Source: a virus
Lineage: Duplodnaviria > Caudoviricetes
Reading direction: 5' to 3' (one strand)
Length of the DNA: 58,013 nucleotides
IMG/VR virus record: IMGVR_UViG_3300025671_000073
Location: 1 to 58,013 of that record
The position numbers and the translations under genes are program-made. Positions 11,501 to 20,908 of the stretch are shown here, in pieces. The notes under the pieces are model-generated. The model saw only the letters and a program-made list of their open reading frames with translations. It did not search any database and had not been told where the DNA came from. How positions within the stretch are numbered: the first letter of the stretch is position 1; each line of letters begins with the position of its first letter.

Positions 11501-12933
11501 AGGTGGACGATGAGCTGGTGCGCGAGCTGGGCCAAGAGGCCGCGGAACGTCTGGTGCGCGCGACACGGGCGCATGGCGCCCAGCGACTCACCGGACTTCT
11601 TACCGTCGCAACGATCGTACCCAAGGCTATTGTTCGTGCGGGTCAAAACGCCACTGGCATGACCGACGAGCAGATGGATCGATTGCACGAGCAGGCAGAC
11701 TACTTCCAAAAGGGGCAGGACCTTGTCCCCCTTGAGTTCAGCGGCGACGGCAAAATCAAATACATCAACCTAAGCTATGTGGCCCCATATTCGTTCGTCA
11801 CGGATGCCGTCCAAGCTGCTCTGCGAGGTTACCAAGAACGAGGTCGGTTGGACCAGAACGAGGTCCAGCAGATCGGGGGTAGTGTTTACGACTTGGTGGG
11901 CGCACTCGCTGATCCGTTTGCCTCAGAGGCAATTTTCTTTGAGCGGGTGCGCGACGCCCTCCCGTCGTCCGGGCCGGGGTCCTTGGGCATTGGCCGTGGG
12001 GGTGTGACCCAGACGGGCGCACGGATCTACAACCCTTCTGACTCTTGGGGCACAAAAGCCTCGCAGGGGTTTGTGCATGTCGTAGATTCCGTAATCCCCG
12101 CGATTGTGAAGCTTGGCGTTTCGGGGCAGCGAGGGGACATTGAGCCGGGTAGACTGATACGTGCGATGACCGAAACTCCGGGCCCGCGTGCCCAAGAGTA
12201 CAATGTGGCGGAGGAAATCGGTCGTCAAATCACGGGCTTCACGCCGATGGAGATCGATCTTAAAAAGGACGCCGAGTTTGCGGCATATGAGTATGGCCCG
12301 CTGCGAAGCGACGCAAAGAAAGTCGCCTATCGCGCTATTCGACGTGCTGACACGACACCCGAAGACATGCTCAACGCATGGGGTAATTACCTCGACTCTC
12401 TGTATCGGTCGCAGTCGAAGCTGTACAATGAGATCCTTGCTTATCGCGAACTAGGTTTGTCGGATCAAGAGATTCGCCGCAACCTCATACAGAAGGGTAA
12501 CCTTGGTAAGGACGAGGTCAACGTGATCATGCGGGGCGAGTTTATGCCGGGGCTGGCAACAGACGAGATTCGCAAAGACGTGGCCATGCAAACAAATGTC
12601 GAGGGTCGTCGCCGCGTGACGGAGGATGTTCCGTGGGGCGAGCTTAACCGGCTTTCAGCAGAGCGTCGGGGTCAGCGTTTGGCGCCGGAAGAGTTCCGTC
12701 GGCGGCGACAAGAAACCCCCGAAACCAATCTAGATGCCGTTGGTCTAGGGGAGGATTTCATCCCGGCCGCTGCTGTGCCGGTGGCCCAACCGGCGCCGAG
12801 TCTCACACCCCTGTTCGGTGAACCTGCGCCGGCGCCCGCAGCAACCCGGCAGCCGCCCGCCCCAGAACTCATGGGCGGGAACCTGATTGACCGGCTGCGG
12901 AACATGGAAATCTTCCAGCGCCAGCAGCAGTGA
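8542..12933 (+). CDS. large internal virion / ejection protein
   Basis: 1463 aa, last late gene, converging on polA. Confidence 0.65.
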   Translation: MDEDFIPPGALTGGPSLDQTPSAEDFIPAGAVAGDAMSGETAEDQPSAIAEFARGVASAPVEFARGLGELAALGIDAAFDTDYVDDVSAAFDAADRFVGTPTTPVGTTTRDLLVFGAGAIPIAGWIGRAGQVAKTGRGLGATSRFMKSAESFGRSKAGKQLLGNRAKVLGATALASGVYDAVVSSAGRSTLSDQFEFLPEALKTEKDTGLTGREEAFRQFRNRARQGAEAAALSSVFDTALLGLGRGSRTLGSAPVIGPALSGTARATLKGWDILGTYAGKLPGAETVKKQAVRYFAPGGGLAPQIRANIREVQGISRSLQNEISNALSRYDRASRKVVKASAKRSDRADFMKQIERDVLRYLDAPTGSPLATKYGDDFQKAVDDLVQIDTDLTDLLIKNLEDIVGGSPMVSGKAGIPEEMLPLGAQKEKARAVLEIVKANHEAGKNHLTRVYQLYQDPEQLYRSLGGKNLMESPQFKAAEDLLVRLKKTEAKGPITDEYARAAAQKTLLDMLNLKPIGDVDLTPEVIQKQINKRLNQIRKEVLGEQRGVTLQDTPIFKLEKGILQERVPLMEYAPVRALLGEFTDPRERLGYMLDQMATLNTSLRFYNQQARTAIPAAEGLARIDSGLRPAYVYLPGAKSGNIEKEFADLSVAIGAGKSNQALLDDAATKLREEGYIKLGDEDLNDIAGGRFGALSGMYVPKELYDNLNAPLQLNMNPISQVGAMLNQMKGLTQKMTIVPNPASRVRDIIGNKLMTIASGNTASGFGQTESQSLLTIFRGLQGLDQEGTDALARKLDLVGVTDSNVLLRTLQGIQKEGPKFGAPQRLRSAIETLETKTPIMAPMLEFFEKTTQGADALAKARVLLSEEAKLRELVGSVANSADDERVVFSWLERSGLVDRTRSELDLVGDLAGAGRGGRAKRTLDSFEVAAADRTRKFMPTYSEIGLAVRSADRLLPFGNFTSFASENIRNMGNILEQGVKELAAQVDDELVRELGQEAAERLVRATRAHGAQRLTGLLTVATIVPKAIVRAGQNATGMTDEQMDRLHEQADYFQKGQDLVPLEFSGDGKIKYINLSYVAPYSFVTDAVQAALRGYQERGRLDQNEVQQIGGSVYDLVGALADPFASEAIFFERVRDALPSSGPGSLGIGRGGVTQTGARIYNPSDSWGTKASQGFVHVVDSVIPAIVKLGVSGQRGDIEPGRLIRAMTETPGPRAQEYNVAEEIGRQITGFTPMEIDLKKDAEFAAYEYGPLRSDAKKVAYRAIRRADTTPEDMLNAWGNYLDSLYRSQSKLYNEILAYRELGLSDQEIRRNLIQKGNLGKDEVNVIMRGEFMPGLATDEIRKDVAMQTNVEGRRRVTEDVPWGELNRLSAERRGQRLAPEEFRRRRQETPETNLDAVGLGEDFIPAAAVPVAQPAPSLTPLFGEPAPAPAATRQPPAPELMGGNLIDRLRNMEIFQRQQQ

Positions 12934-14886
12934 TCAGTCGACGTCGCCCCAGTCTTTTTCAAGGGCGACGTCTACCTTGCTCGGCACCCTGAGCTCCAGA
13001 CCGTTCTCCATGATTTCGACTATTTCGTTTGCTTGCTCGTCGGTTGCAATGGAAAAGCACAGTTCGTCGTGGACCTGCAGCATGGGCTTGAGCCCCGCCT
13101 CGTAGCATTGCGCGAACGCCAGCTTCGTCTGGTCGGCCGCCGAACCTTGGATCAAGCGATTGAGGGCCTTGTAGGTGAACGCCCGGCGGATACCTTGACC
13201 AACCGTGCCGTACTCCTTGACGGCCTCTTCGTACTTCAGCGGCTTGCTGTATCCAAAACTGCGCGGCTCCCACATGTCGAACCGGCACAGCCGCCCATGG
13301 ACCGTTCGTATCTGCCCATTGCGCTCGGCCTGATCGCTGGCGACCGTGGCCAGCATACGGACAAACGGCACCTTCTCCTGATGCAGATCCAGCAGTCGCT
13401 TCGCTTCGTCCTCTGAGATTCCCAACTGGTTGGCGAGCTTGCCCTTCCCCATGCCGTACATGATGCCGAGATTCACCGTCTTGGCTTCCTTCCGGCTGAT
13501 CCCGGCCATGTCAGCCACCATTTGGTGCAGGTCGGCGTTGCCCTCGTGGAATTCCTTGACGATCTCATCGACCATCGTGCCACGCATGCGCGGCGGCAGG
13601 CTGGCGGCAAAGTGGGTCAAGAGCCTCGGTTCTTGGGATGCATAGTCAAAGCTGCCCCACCGCTCGCCCTCCTCCGGCACAAAGATGCCGCGAATCAGCT
13701 TCTTGATCTCCGGGTCGCGCGCTGGAATTTGCTGCAGGTTGGGGCTCGAAGAGCTGAACCTGCCGGTCACCGTGCCCCCGTCGTCGCTGCGCAGCTGATG
13801 CATCTCGCAGTGGATGCGACCCTTGTGCTCATATTTCAGGATACTGTCAATAAACGTGCTGTCCGCCTTGTCCGCCTCGCGGATCTTGTTGATCGTCTGC
13901 GCCACCTCGTTCGGATGGTCCTTCAGAAAATCTTTTGTGAAGGACGGCGCTCCGGCCTCGGTCCGAGGATAGGGAAGCCCCAAATCCTCAAACACCTTCT
14001 TGATGCTCTCGGCCGCCCACACCTCGACCTCGATGCCCGTCTTATCCTTGACGAATGCCAGCAGCTCTTGCTTCCGCTGACGCAAAATCTTTCGCGATCG
14101 ATCCGCCTGATCGAGATCCACCCGCACGCCTCGGGCCCGCATGTCGATGACGCCGGGCAACACGCGAGACTCAAGATCAAACACCGACCACAGGTCCTGC
14201 TTCTCGATCTCGGCCTTAAGGTGTTCCCACAGCTTGAGCGTCATGACGGCGTCTTGTTCGCCGTAGCCGCCGACAAACCGGGCAGGGAGCTTCCACATTT
14301 CCGCCTTGGGATCGATGCCCCACTCGGTTGCGGCAGCCCGCAAGACCTTCTCGTCCTTGCGCATGCCGATATATTCCTTGCCCAACAGGTCAAGGCGATA
14401 GCTGAACCGGTTCTCGTCCACCAGAGGCGCGGCGATCAGGGTGTCGATTATCGGACCTTGGACCTTGATTCCCTCGGCCATCAACCACCCGATATCGTAA
14501 GGCGCGTTGTGGCACACCTTCGTTATGCCCGGGGTATCCATCTGCTCTTGTAGCCATCCAAGGGTCATCGTCAAGTCCAGATTTGGACCATTGGCATGGC
14601 GGATTGGAAAGTAGCCGTGGAAGTCGCCGGCGGCCACGGCGATACCGACGACGTATCCATCGTTCGTGGCCCAGCCCGGCCCCTTGTTTGCGCCGAGGCC
14701 GTCGTCCCGGGTCTCAAGGTCGATGGCGATCGTCTTGTGTTTGGTCAAGTCTGGAAACTCGGTGGGCGCCGACCACTCGGTCTCGATGTTGTTGATGTCC
14801 AGTTTAAGCAGGAAGTCATCCGTGCCTGTGTCATACTTGTCTTTCACGCCTGTATTCTCCGAAAGTTCTTGACCGGTATCATACAC
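12934..14886 (-). CDS. polA: family A DNA polymerase with 3'-5' exonuclease
   Basis: DLET exo I, TGRFSSSSPNLQQIP, DYASQEPR (motif A), KTVNLGIMYG (motif B), QVHDEL (motif C). Confidence 0.97.
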   Translation of the reverse strand: MYDTGQELSENTGVKDKYDTGTDDFLLKLDINNIETEWSAPTEFPDLTKHKTIAIDLETRDDGLGANKGPGWATNDGYVVGIAVAAGDFHGYFPIRHANGPNLDLTMTLGWLQEQMDTPGITKVCHNAPYDIGWLMAEGIKVQGPIIDTLIAAPLVDENRFSYRLDLLGKEYIGMRKDEKVLRAAATEWGIDPKAEMWKLPARFVGGYGEQDAVMTLKLWEHLKAEIEKQDLWSVFDLESRVLPGVIDMRARGVRVDLDQADRSRKILRQRKQELLAFVKDKTGIEVEVWAAESIKKVFEDLGLPYPRTEAGAPSFTKDFLKDHPNEVAQTINKIREADKADSTFIDSILKYEHKGRIHCEMHQLRSDDGGTVTGRFSSSSPNLQQIPARDPEIKKLIRGIFVPEEGERWGSFDYASQEPRLLTHFAASLPPRMRGTMVDEIVKEFHEGNADLHQMVADMAGISRKEAKTVNLGIMYGMGKGKLANQLGISEDEAKRLLDLHQEKVPFVRMLATVASDQAERNGQIRTVHGRLCRFDMWEPRSFGYSKPLKYEEAVKEYGTVGQGIRRAFTYKALNRLIQGSAADQTKLAFAQCYEAGLKPMLQVHDELCFSIATDEQANEIVEIMENGLELRVPSKVDVALEKDWGDVD

Positions 14887-15284
14887 ACTGGCTCGATGTC
14901 CTGTGCGTCCCCTCGATCTCTGCGGCCGCCGACCTGAATATCCATGTCGATCTCAGACATACACACATAGCCCACCATGTCGTTCCACTTCACCACAAGC
15001 AGTGACGGAAGCTCCGTCTCACGGGTGATCGCCCGGCCTTTCAAAATCTTGGCCATGGAGATCATCAAAGTGTCGTACTGCCAGCTGGGCACTTGCCGGC
15101 GTTTAATCTCGACGAAAGCAACAGCGTTCGGCCCACGGGTCAGGAGATAGTCCAAGCTATATGCCCTCGGCATCTTGTGAGCTTGGGTCCCCCACAAGTT
15201 ATTGAGAGCATCGATGATGTCCCGCTCATTGCGGAGGTCTTGGTCCGTTTCGTAAATCGGCCTCACGACAGCGGGCCTTTCCAC
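14844..15284 (-). CDS. PD-(D/E)xK nuclease-like protein
   Basis: LDY...FVEIKRR motif. Confidence 0.65.
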   Translation of the reverse strand: MERPAVVRPIYETDQDLRNERDIIDALNNLWGTQAHKMPRAYSLDYLLTRGPNAVAFVEIKRRQVPSWQYDTLMISMAKILKGRAITRETELPSLLVVKWNDMVGYVCMSEIDMDIQVGGRRDRGDAQDIEPVCMIPVKNFRRIQA

Positions 15285-15613
15285 CTATCATCTTCACCCA
15301 CGCTGCGCTGCTCGTACGCCACCAAGAACGCGATGCAGCAAGCTGCATGCCAAAGGTGCGACCGCCCTGTTTCAGGGTCGTTTTGTTCACCACCCCACCA
15401 CGCCCACATGTGCCGCATCATGGCGCCAAACGGCCGAGACCACTTCATGCCGTGCTCCCAGTTGCGATCGGCATATTTTTCAGCGCCAAATGTCAGGATG
15501 TCGCCCACAGCCTCAAGAAGCTCGGGCGGGATAAGCTCCATGCGGACCTTGCCGCGATCGTCCTTGTGGCCACCCGCAGCAATCAGCTCCTCTCGACTGG
15601 GATCACCCGACAT
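15263..15613 (-). CDS. DUF5664-like dATP/dGTP diphosphohydrolase
   Basis: KDDRGKVRMELIP, FGAEKYADRNW, DPETGRSHLWHAACC. Confidence 0.8.
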   Translation of the reverse strand: MSGDPSREELIAAGGHKDDRGKVRMELIPPELLEAVGDILTFGAEKYADRNWEHGMKWSRPFGAMMRHMWAWWGGEQNDPETGRSHLWHAACCIAFLVAYEQRSVGEDDRWKGPLS

Positions 15614-16055
15614 GAACGTACACTCCTGCTTCCATGAACATTTCCATCGACAGCGTCATATCATCCGCCCAGCGCTCGACAAAGGCCGGCTCTGGTTTCG
15701 GCCAGCAGACATGCTTGACCCCATTCTGGATCACCATGGCTGCGCATTGGGTGCAGCAGGGGTGTGTGCAGAACAGGGTCGATCCGTGGAGCGGGGCCGT
15801 GGCAAAGGCCATAGCGTTTTTCTCCGCATGCACGGTCATCTTGAGCTTGGTTTCGCGGTCATGCAACCGGGCGTGGCTGTCTTGGACGCCGCGAGGAAAC
15901 CCGTTGTAGCCGGCCGAAACAATGCGCCGTTTGTCGTCGAAGATCACAGCGCCAACCTTGGTACTTGGATCTTTGCTCAGCTTGGCAACATGTTTGGCCA
16001 TGTCCACGGCCCAGTCCCAAAGGCGCCGCTCTTCGAACGAAAACTCAGATGTCAT
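15603..16055 (-). CDS. dCMP deaminase
   Basis: SKDPSTKVGA, GYNGFPRG, HAEKNA, PCCTQC zinc motifs. Confidence 0.92.
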   Translation of the reverse strand: MTSEFSFEERRLWDWAVDMAKHVAKLSKDPSTKVGAVIFDDKRRIVSAGYNGFPRGVQDSHARLHDRETKLKMTVHAEKNAMAFATAPLHGSTLFCTHPCCTQCAAMVIQNGVKHVCWPKPEPAFVERWADDMTLSMEMFMEAGVYVHVG

Positions 16056-17559
16056 ATCTATTCCTCATACCGCTTTGAATTACATGCAGGTTGTGCTTAG
16101 CACGTGTGAAACCCACATAAAAGACCCGATGTTCGTCGTCCGGGAACCGAGATTCGACGGCCGCGCGTGTCGACCCAAGGTCCACGGCCACATTGTCGTC
16201 TTCCCCGCCCTTGTTGCTGTGGATTGTTCCGACCTTGATCCTTGGTTCTTGGGTCACGTCTTCACCCCGGCGCTCAAGCGCTCGGATGTAAGTTCTCTCG
16301 CGATCGTTCATCTTAATCACGGACAATGCATCTGCATTGTCACCGGCCTGTAGCCCAAAGCTACCTTGCAAATCGGAGATGTTATATGCGATTTGCGGGT
16401 CTGCTGCTTCAAGAAGTTTCTTGGCCCCGCGTTGCAGTACGCCGGGCGCCGTCTGTGCATACAGCTTCTTCATCTCTCCAGCGTAGATGCTGCCGCCACC
16501 GGCCAAGTGCCGCCACAGTGCGATGGAGTCTGTCAGCGATTCCCGAATGCTGCGCCGGCCGTTGATGCTGAACATAAACCCGTCGTCTCGCAGTGACTCG
16601 CCCCATTGTTGAGCCATGTAGTTCGCGCGCGTCATCAAGGTCCATGAACCTTGGGTCAGGTCAAGGAACTCCCGGTCCGGTTCAAACACCACCCTGCCCT
16701 CTCGGGTGGTTGGGTGGTAGGTTTTTGGAACTCGGTCCTTGATCCTGTGGACGATGCGCTGGGACAGGTCGAAGACGGAACGCGGAAGGCGGTAGCTCTG
16801 CTCGAGGATCTGGATTTTGGGCGAGCACTCAAGAAACTGCCTCACATCAACACCCGCCCAGCGGTGGATGGCTTGGTCATCGTCGCCGGCGAAGTACACC
16901 TCTTCGGCGTTGTCCATGAGCTTTTTGACCATGGCCCACTGCAAGGGGACAAGGTCCTGAGCCTCGTCGATAATCAACATCTTGAGCCGGGGCGCCTCGC
17001 CGAAATCAACGAACATGCTCAGCATGTCGACGAATGTCACCTTGCCGAGCTGCTGTCGGTAGACCTGCAGCAGGCTGCTGATCTTTCGCAGCATGGCAAA
17101 ACTCAGATCGTAGTCATCTGCATCCCGGAACTCCTGTTCCAAGGAGACCATCCGCATGGTAGCCCGTTCGATGATCCGAAGATACTTGTCCCCGCCACCA
17201 GCGGCGCTGTTCACGAGGCCGCTCAGGTCGTCGAGGTCCGCCTTCTCCCCATTGATCTCCATGCCCAGCTCATCGGCAAAAGCCCGCCAGTCGGCAGCGC
17301 TCATCACGTCCTCCTTCTTGAGGCCAAGCAGGTGGAAGCCGAGGGCGTGCAGGGTCTTGAAGTACGGCATGTCTTTGGGTAGGAAACCGAACTCTTGGGC
17401 TGCGCGATCGCGGGCCTCGTTGACAGCCTTTCTGGTGAAAGAAAGAAAGCCGATTTCCCACGGAGAAATTCCTCGGGACAAGGCCTCGTTGATAATCTGC
17501 ATTAGGCGATAGGTTTTGCCGCAGCCGGGAGGTCCTAAAATCAGGGTGCTATTTCGCAT
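16045..17559 (-). CDS. UvrD/REP-like SF1 helicase
   Basis: GPPGCGKT, IDEAQD, GDDDQAI, QSYR, TIHSNKGGE, YVGFTRA. Confidence 0.92.
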   Translation of the reverse strand: MRNSTLILGPPGCGKTYRLMQIINEALSRGISPWEIGFLSFTRKAVNEARDRAAQEFGFLPKDMPYFKTLHALGFHLLGLKKEDVMSAADWRAFADELGMEINGEKADLDDLSGLVNSAAGGGDKYLRIIERATMRMVSLEQEFRDADDYDLSFAMLRKISSLLQVYRQQLGKVTFVDMLSMFVDFGEAPRLKMLIIDEAQDLVPLQWAMVKKLMDNAEEVYFAGDDDQAIHRWAGVDVRQFLECSPKIQILEQSYRLPRSVFDLSQRIVHRIKDRVPKTYHPTTREGRVVFEPDREFLDLTQGSWTLMTRANYMAQQWGESLRDDGFMFSINGRRSIRESLTDSIALWRHLAGGGSIYAGEMKKLYAQTAPGVLQRGAKKLLEAADPQIAYNISDLQGSFGLQAGDNADALSVIKMNDRERTYIRALERRGEDVTQEPRIKVGTIHSNKGGEDDNVAVDLGSTRAAVESRFPDDEHRVFYVGFTRAKHNLHVIQSGMRNRYDI

Positions 17560-17902
17560 TTTGTTGCCTCACGTTTTTCTTTCCAGTTCCTCGCGGGCGG
17601 CCATGCAGCCACTCGCGCACTTCCTTGTAATACCACCGCTTGGTGGCGAACGGGTCATCCGCCCGGCCGAGATTGACAGGGGGAGGGAATTGTTCGTCCC
17701 GCACCCATTTGTAGATCACCGCCTCGGACACCCCAAACCACGCGGCGATCTGGCTGATCTTGATCATCCGCTCTTCCGGCGCCGGAAACTGGGCGTTCTC
17801 CAGCAACTGCATGACTGAGGCGGGCGACGTGTTCAGAAGCCCAGCCACCTTAGCTAAAATGTCTACTAGCTCGCGATCAGAACGGGACGTCTGTTTGGGC
17901 AT
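17549..17902 (-). CDS. AlpA/excisionase-like HTH protein
   Basis: IAAWFGVSEAVIYKWVRDEQFPPPV...RW; start position uncertain. Confidence 0.75.
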   Translation of the reverse strand: MPKQTSRSDRELVDILAKVAGLLNTSPASVMQLLENAQFPAPEERMIKISQIAAWFGVSEAVIYKWVRDEQFPPPVNLGRADDPFATKRWYYKEVREWLHGRPRGTGKKNVRQQNAK

Positions 17903-19430
17903 CGGCGTCCTCTATGTCTAGTTGCACTTCCGTCGTGTCAAAAGCCGGCACCTTCCACACCCGCACAGAAGCGTATGTGCCGTCCTCCTTCTTGACCTTC
18001 ATCACGGTGATGGCTTTGTCCGGGTCATCGCTCAGATCCTTGATGTATTGCTGGGCTTGCGGACGCGTCACCGCCTTGAAATCCTTCCGCTTCAAGAACT
18101 CCATCAGCCCTTGGATTTTGAACGCGGTGACGCCCTTGTCTGTCCAAGGCTTGCCCATTACGAGTTCTTCCGGCGCCATGGCGCGGGTGCGGCTGGTACA
18201 GAACTGCTCCAGCAGCTCCATGAACTGGCCCTTGGTTGTGAGCTCGGGCGCGACATCCGCCTCTGTAGCCTCGGCCATAAGGCCATTGACCAATGCGCCC
18301 CAGTCTTTGTCCTTGAGGACGTCAGGGCGCCGGTTCAACTCCTTCAGGCATTTCTTCTGAAACTCCCTCGGACTGTTCAACTCGTCCAGCGTCAGCTCAA
18401 TACGCTCCCCGTCGACGTTGACGTAGTAGAGGCGCGGATCGGATTTCATGATGGTCAGGCCCGTCAGAACCGGCATGAAAGATGAGCCGCCGCCCCCGCC
18501 GATGCCGAACTTGCACATGCGGCACTTGGCCTTGTCGCAGAAGTTGACCATGGGCGCTTGGTCGCAGAGATGACCGTAGTCCTTCCGACGGTGGGACTTG
18601 ATGACAGTCTCCTGCAGCTCCTTTGAGCTGAGCGGCGGGTTGATGTAGCGTCGATTGAACTCGTCGACCCCATCCTCCCAGTCGTCCGGCCGTTCCTTCT
18701 TGATCGACACGGTGGCATGCATCATGAAATTGTTTCTGTTCTCCGACACTCCCAGCGCCACAAGGGACTGAATGCAGGGTGGATACTCGGCCAGCTCGGC
18801 AACGTCCGGTCGCTGCTCAGCCAGCGCCGTTTCCAGATCCGTCAGGTTGCACCGCTTCTGATCAACCAAGTCCAAGAACTCCTCGACCGACATTGCGTTG
18901 CCGCTGGCGTCGAGAGCATAGCGCATCGAGCGCTGGGCGTTGTGGTACGGCAGGTTGATGAAGTTGCCCACGTCGCCTTTGTCGTGCAGCACGGCGTCTT
19001 GCTTGGGGAAGATTTCACGGCCGGCGAAACCCAGCAGTGCGGCAGCCTCGGTCAAATACTCTCGGACCACGGACGCCTTCTCCCACTCTTTGAGAAACAG
19101 GTAGATGTGTGCGCCGCCCGACTTGGAGCGGCATATGACAAGGGGCAGGCCGGCGGACCACACACGGGCAACCACGTCTTGCAGGTTCAGGTCGTAGTCG
19201 TCGACGTCGATGGCGCCAAACTTGCACATGTTGTTCGAGTTGATCGGAATAGACCCGATCCCCTGACCACCATTCAGGTGTGACGTTACGAGATCCTCGG
19301 TCATCGGCTCTCGGACCACGAAGCTTTTTGCTTCCGCTTTCCCAAGCCGGGTGGTTCTTCCTACCGTTGTCTGCCCGTGGGCCACCTCGGACCCCTCAAA
19401 GGCAGACATGAAACGTGCGGCGGTGTTCAT
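17877..19430 (-). CDS. AEP-family primase
   Basis: IDVD, RSKSGGAH, EIFPKQ, GNFINLPY motifs plus a Cys cluster. Confidence 0.85.
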   Translation of the reverse strand: MNTAARFMSAFEGSEVAHGQTTVGRTTRLGKAEAKSFVVREPMTEDLVTSHLNGGQGIGSIPINSNNMCKFGAIDVDDYDLNLQDVVARVWSAGLPLVICRSKSGGAHIYLFLKEWEKASVVREYLTEAAALLGFAGREIFPKQDAVLHDKGDVGNFINLPYHNAQRSMRYALDASGNAMSVEEFLDLVDQKRCNLTDLETALAEQRPDVAELAEYPPCIQSLVALGVSENRNNFMMHATVSIKKERPDDWEDGVDEFNRRYINPPLSSKELQETVIKSHRRKDYGHLCDQAPMVNFCDKAKCRMCKFGIGGGGGSSFMPVLTGLTIMKSDPRLYYVNVDGERIELTLDELNSPREFQKKCLKELNRRPDVLKDKDWGALVNGLMAEATEADVAPELTTKGQFMELLEQFCTSRTRAMAPEELVMGKPWTDKGVTAFKIQGLMEFLKRKDFKAVTRPQAQQYIKDLSDDPDKAITVMKVKKEDGTYASVRVWKVPAFDTTEVQLDIEDADAQTDVPF

Positions 19431-19444
19431 GCTCTGCTCCTGAT

Positions 19445-19488
19445 AAAGAAAAGGAGGGCGGCGCAGTCCCTCGCAGCTGCGCCGCCCC
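19445..19488 (-). terminator. intrinsic terminator after SSB-like gene
   Basis: Minus-strand GGGCGGCGCAG/CTGCGCCGCCC stem followed by a T-rich tail. Confidence 0.65.
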
Positions 19489-19499
19489 GGACGATATAC

Positions 19500-20318
19500 T
19501 TAAAAAGGTATATCGTCGTCCGAGTACCCACCGCCGCCAGCGGCACCCGGGGTTTCGTTGGTGTCGACGGGGTGGCTTTCCGCCTGTGCCTTGACGGCGC
19601 CAGCCAGCACGCTTTCCCGGAAAGCCTTCGCCTCTTGGAACACGTTCTTGTCGTCGACAAGACCGATACCCTCGACCACCCAGTTCGCGAAGTCCCCCTT
19701 CTCGTTGGACTCCTCGACCGAGCGCAGCTTCCACATCGACGCATAGAGAGGAGGAGTGATCAGGCGGCCATCTTTCGGATGCTTGATCTTCTTCATCGCG
19801 ATCTGCGTCTTCCAGCGGCGGCTGACCTTGAGCTGGGTCGACTTCATGTCGATAACCACCGGCTGGGTCATGCCATCTTCTTCGAGGATAAGGCAGAAAT
19901 GCTGGTCCGACTTCACCACCTCGTTGCCGTCGGGCAGGAGTTCCTTGCCGCCGTTGCGGGTAGTGCTCTGCAGGCGGGGGTCATTCGGTGCGATCTCGCC
20001 ACGGAAGCCACCGCCCTGCTCGCGCGGTGTAAACTCCAGATACTTGGTGGTTTGATAGCAGGGAACGACGGTGATGCCCTCTTCCCCCAACCAGAACTGC
20101 CCGGTCACATTGTTGAAAATATCACCGGACGAGGCGCCGTCGATGTACTGCGGGTCCTTCTTCTTGAGCTGCGGCGACAGGGCCTGCAGCAGGCGGACAA
20201 ACGGGATCTGCATCTCCGAGCTGTCATACGACGCGCCATCGCCGGCGTTGTCAAAGATGTCGTCCATCAGGTCGGCGGACACTTCGGTGGTCTTGGCTTT
20301 TGCTACTGCGGTGCTCAT
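19500..20318 (-). CDS. ssDNA-binding protein-like
   Basis: Position in the replication block and acidic DDDIPF C-terminus. Confidence 0.7.
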   Translation of the reverse strand: MSTAVAKAKTTEVSADLMDDIFDNAGDGASYDSSEMQIPFVRLLQALSPQLKKKDPQYIDGASSGDIFNNVTGQFWLGEEGITVVPCYQTTKYLEFTPREQGGGFRGEIAPNDPRLQSTTRNGGKELLPDGNEVVKSDQHFCLILEEDGMTQPVVIDMKSTQLKVSRRWKTQIAMKKIKHPKDGRLITPPLYASMWKLRSVEESNEKGDFANWVVEGIGLVDDKNVFQEAKAFRESVLAGAVKAQAESHPVDTNETPGAAGGGGYSDDDIPF

Positions 20319-20321
20319 GGC

Positions 20322-20882
20322 TTACTTCCTTTTGATTTCTGCGGTGTTGAGGATGTAGGCACCAAACATCTCAAGATCGATGTTGGAGCCCTGCTCGATC
20401 TGCTCGCGCACGAAGGCCTTGAGCGTCATGGGGTGGACCTGCACTTTCTGCTGCGGGTCGTAGCCCTGCTCGCGCAGCGCACCCATCACATGGCCAGCCT
20501 CGTTATCCTGACCACGGCCGAACGAACAAGTGATTTCGTTCTTGATGATGTCGTCATGGCCGTGTTGACGCAGCCACTCAAAGGCCTCCTCCCTCCGCGC
20601 AGGCGGGATGGACGCATGCACGATGTTCTTGCGAACGACTGACACGCCATCGACATCAAGGCGCTCGACGCCCATCTGGTCCATCATGTTGGGAATGATC
20701 TCGGTCGACAGGCTGTGCTTTTGCTGCTTCAACGCCTTGATGTGATCTTCGGCGTCAGCAATCTGCTGCTCGATCGACCGCAACTGCCGGACGTGGCCGG
20801 AGAGCTGCGTGGTGGTGTCACCATCGATACTTTGGAGGGCTTCCGCCTCGTCAAAGATATCTTCGAATATGTCGTCTGACAT
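20322..20882 (-). CDS. conserved replication-region protein
   Basis: GAGGAG RBS before MSDDIFEDIF; AFEWLRQHGHDDIIK and VHPMTLKAFVRE motifs. Confidence 0.7.
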   Translation of the reverse strand: MSDDIFEDIFDEAEALQSIDGDTTTQLSGHVRQLRSIEQQIADAEDHIKALKQQKHSLSTEIIPNMMDQMGVERLDVDGVSVVRKNIVHASIPPARREEAFEWLRQHGHDDIIKNEITCSFGRGQDNEAGHVMGALREQGYDPQQKVQVHPMTLKAFVREQIEQGSNIDLEMFGAYILNTAEIKRK

Positions 20883-20908
20883 AAGTTTCTCCTCTTCAGG
20901 TTTCAGGG

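Noticed and set aside
8542-12933. Virion-encapsidated RNA polymerase
   Set aside because: No recognisable single- or multi-subunit RNAP catalytic motif; a structure search is needed to exclude it fully.
15263-15613. Z-genome (2-aminoadenine) system
   Set aside because: No PurZ or DatZ-like HD hydrolase found in the window.
17549-17902. Lysogeny module
   Set aside because: The AlpA-like HTH has no accompanying integrase, CI-type repressor or par genes that I could recognise.
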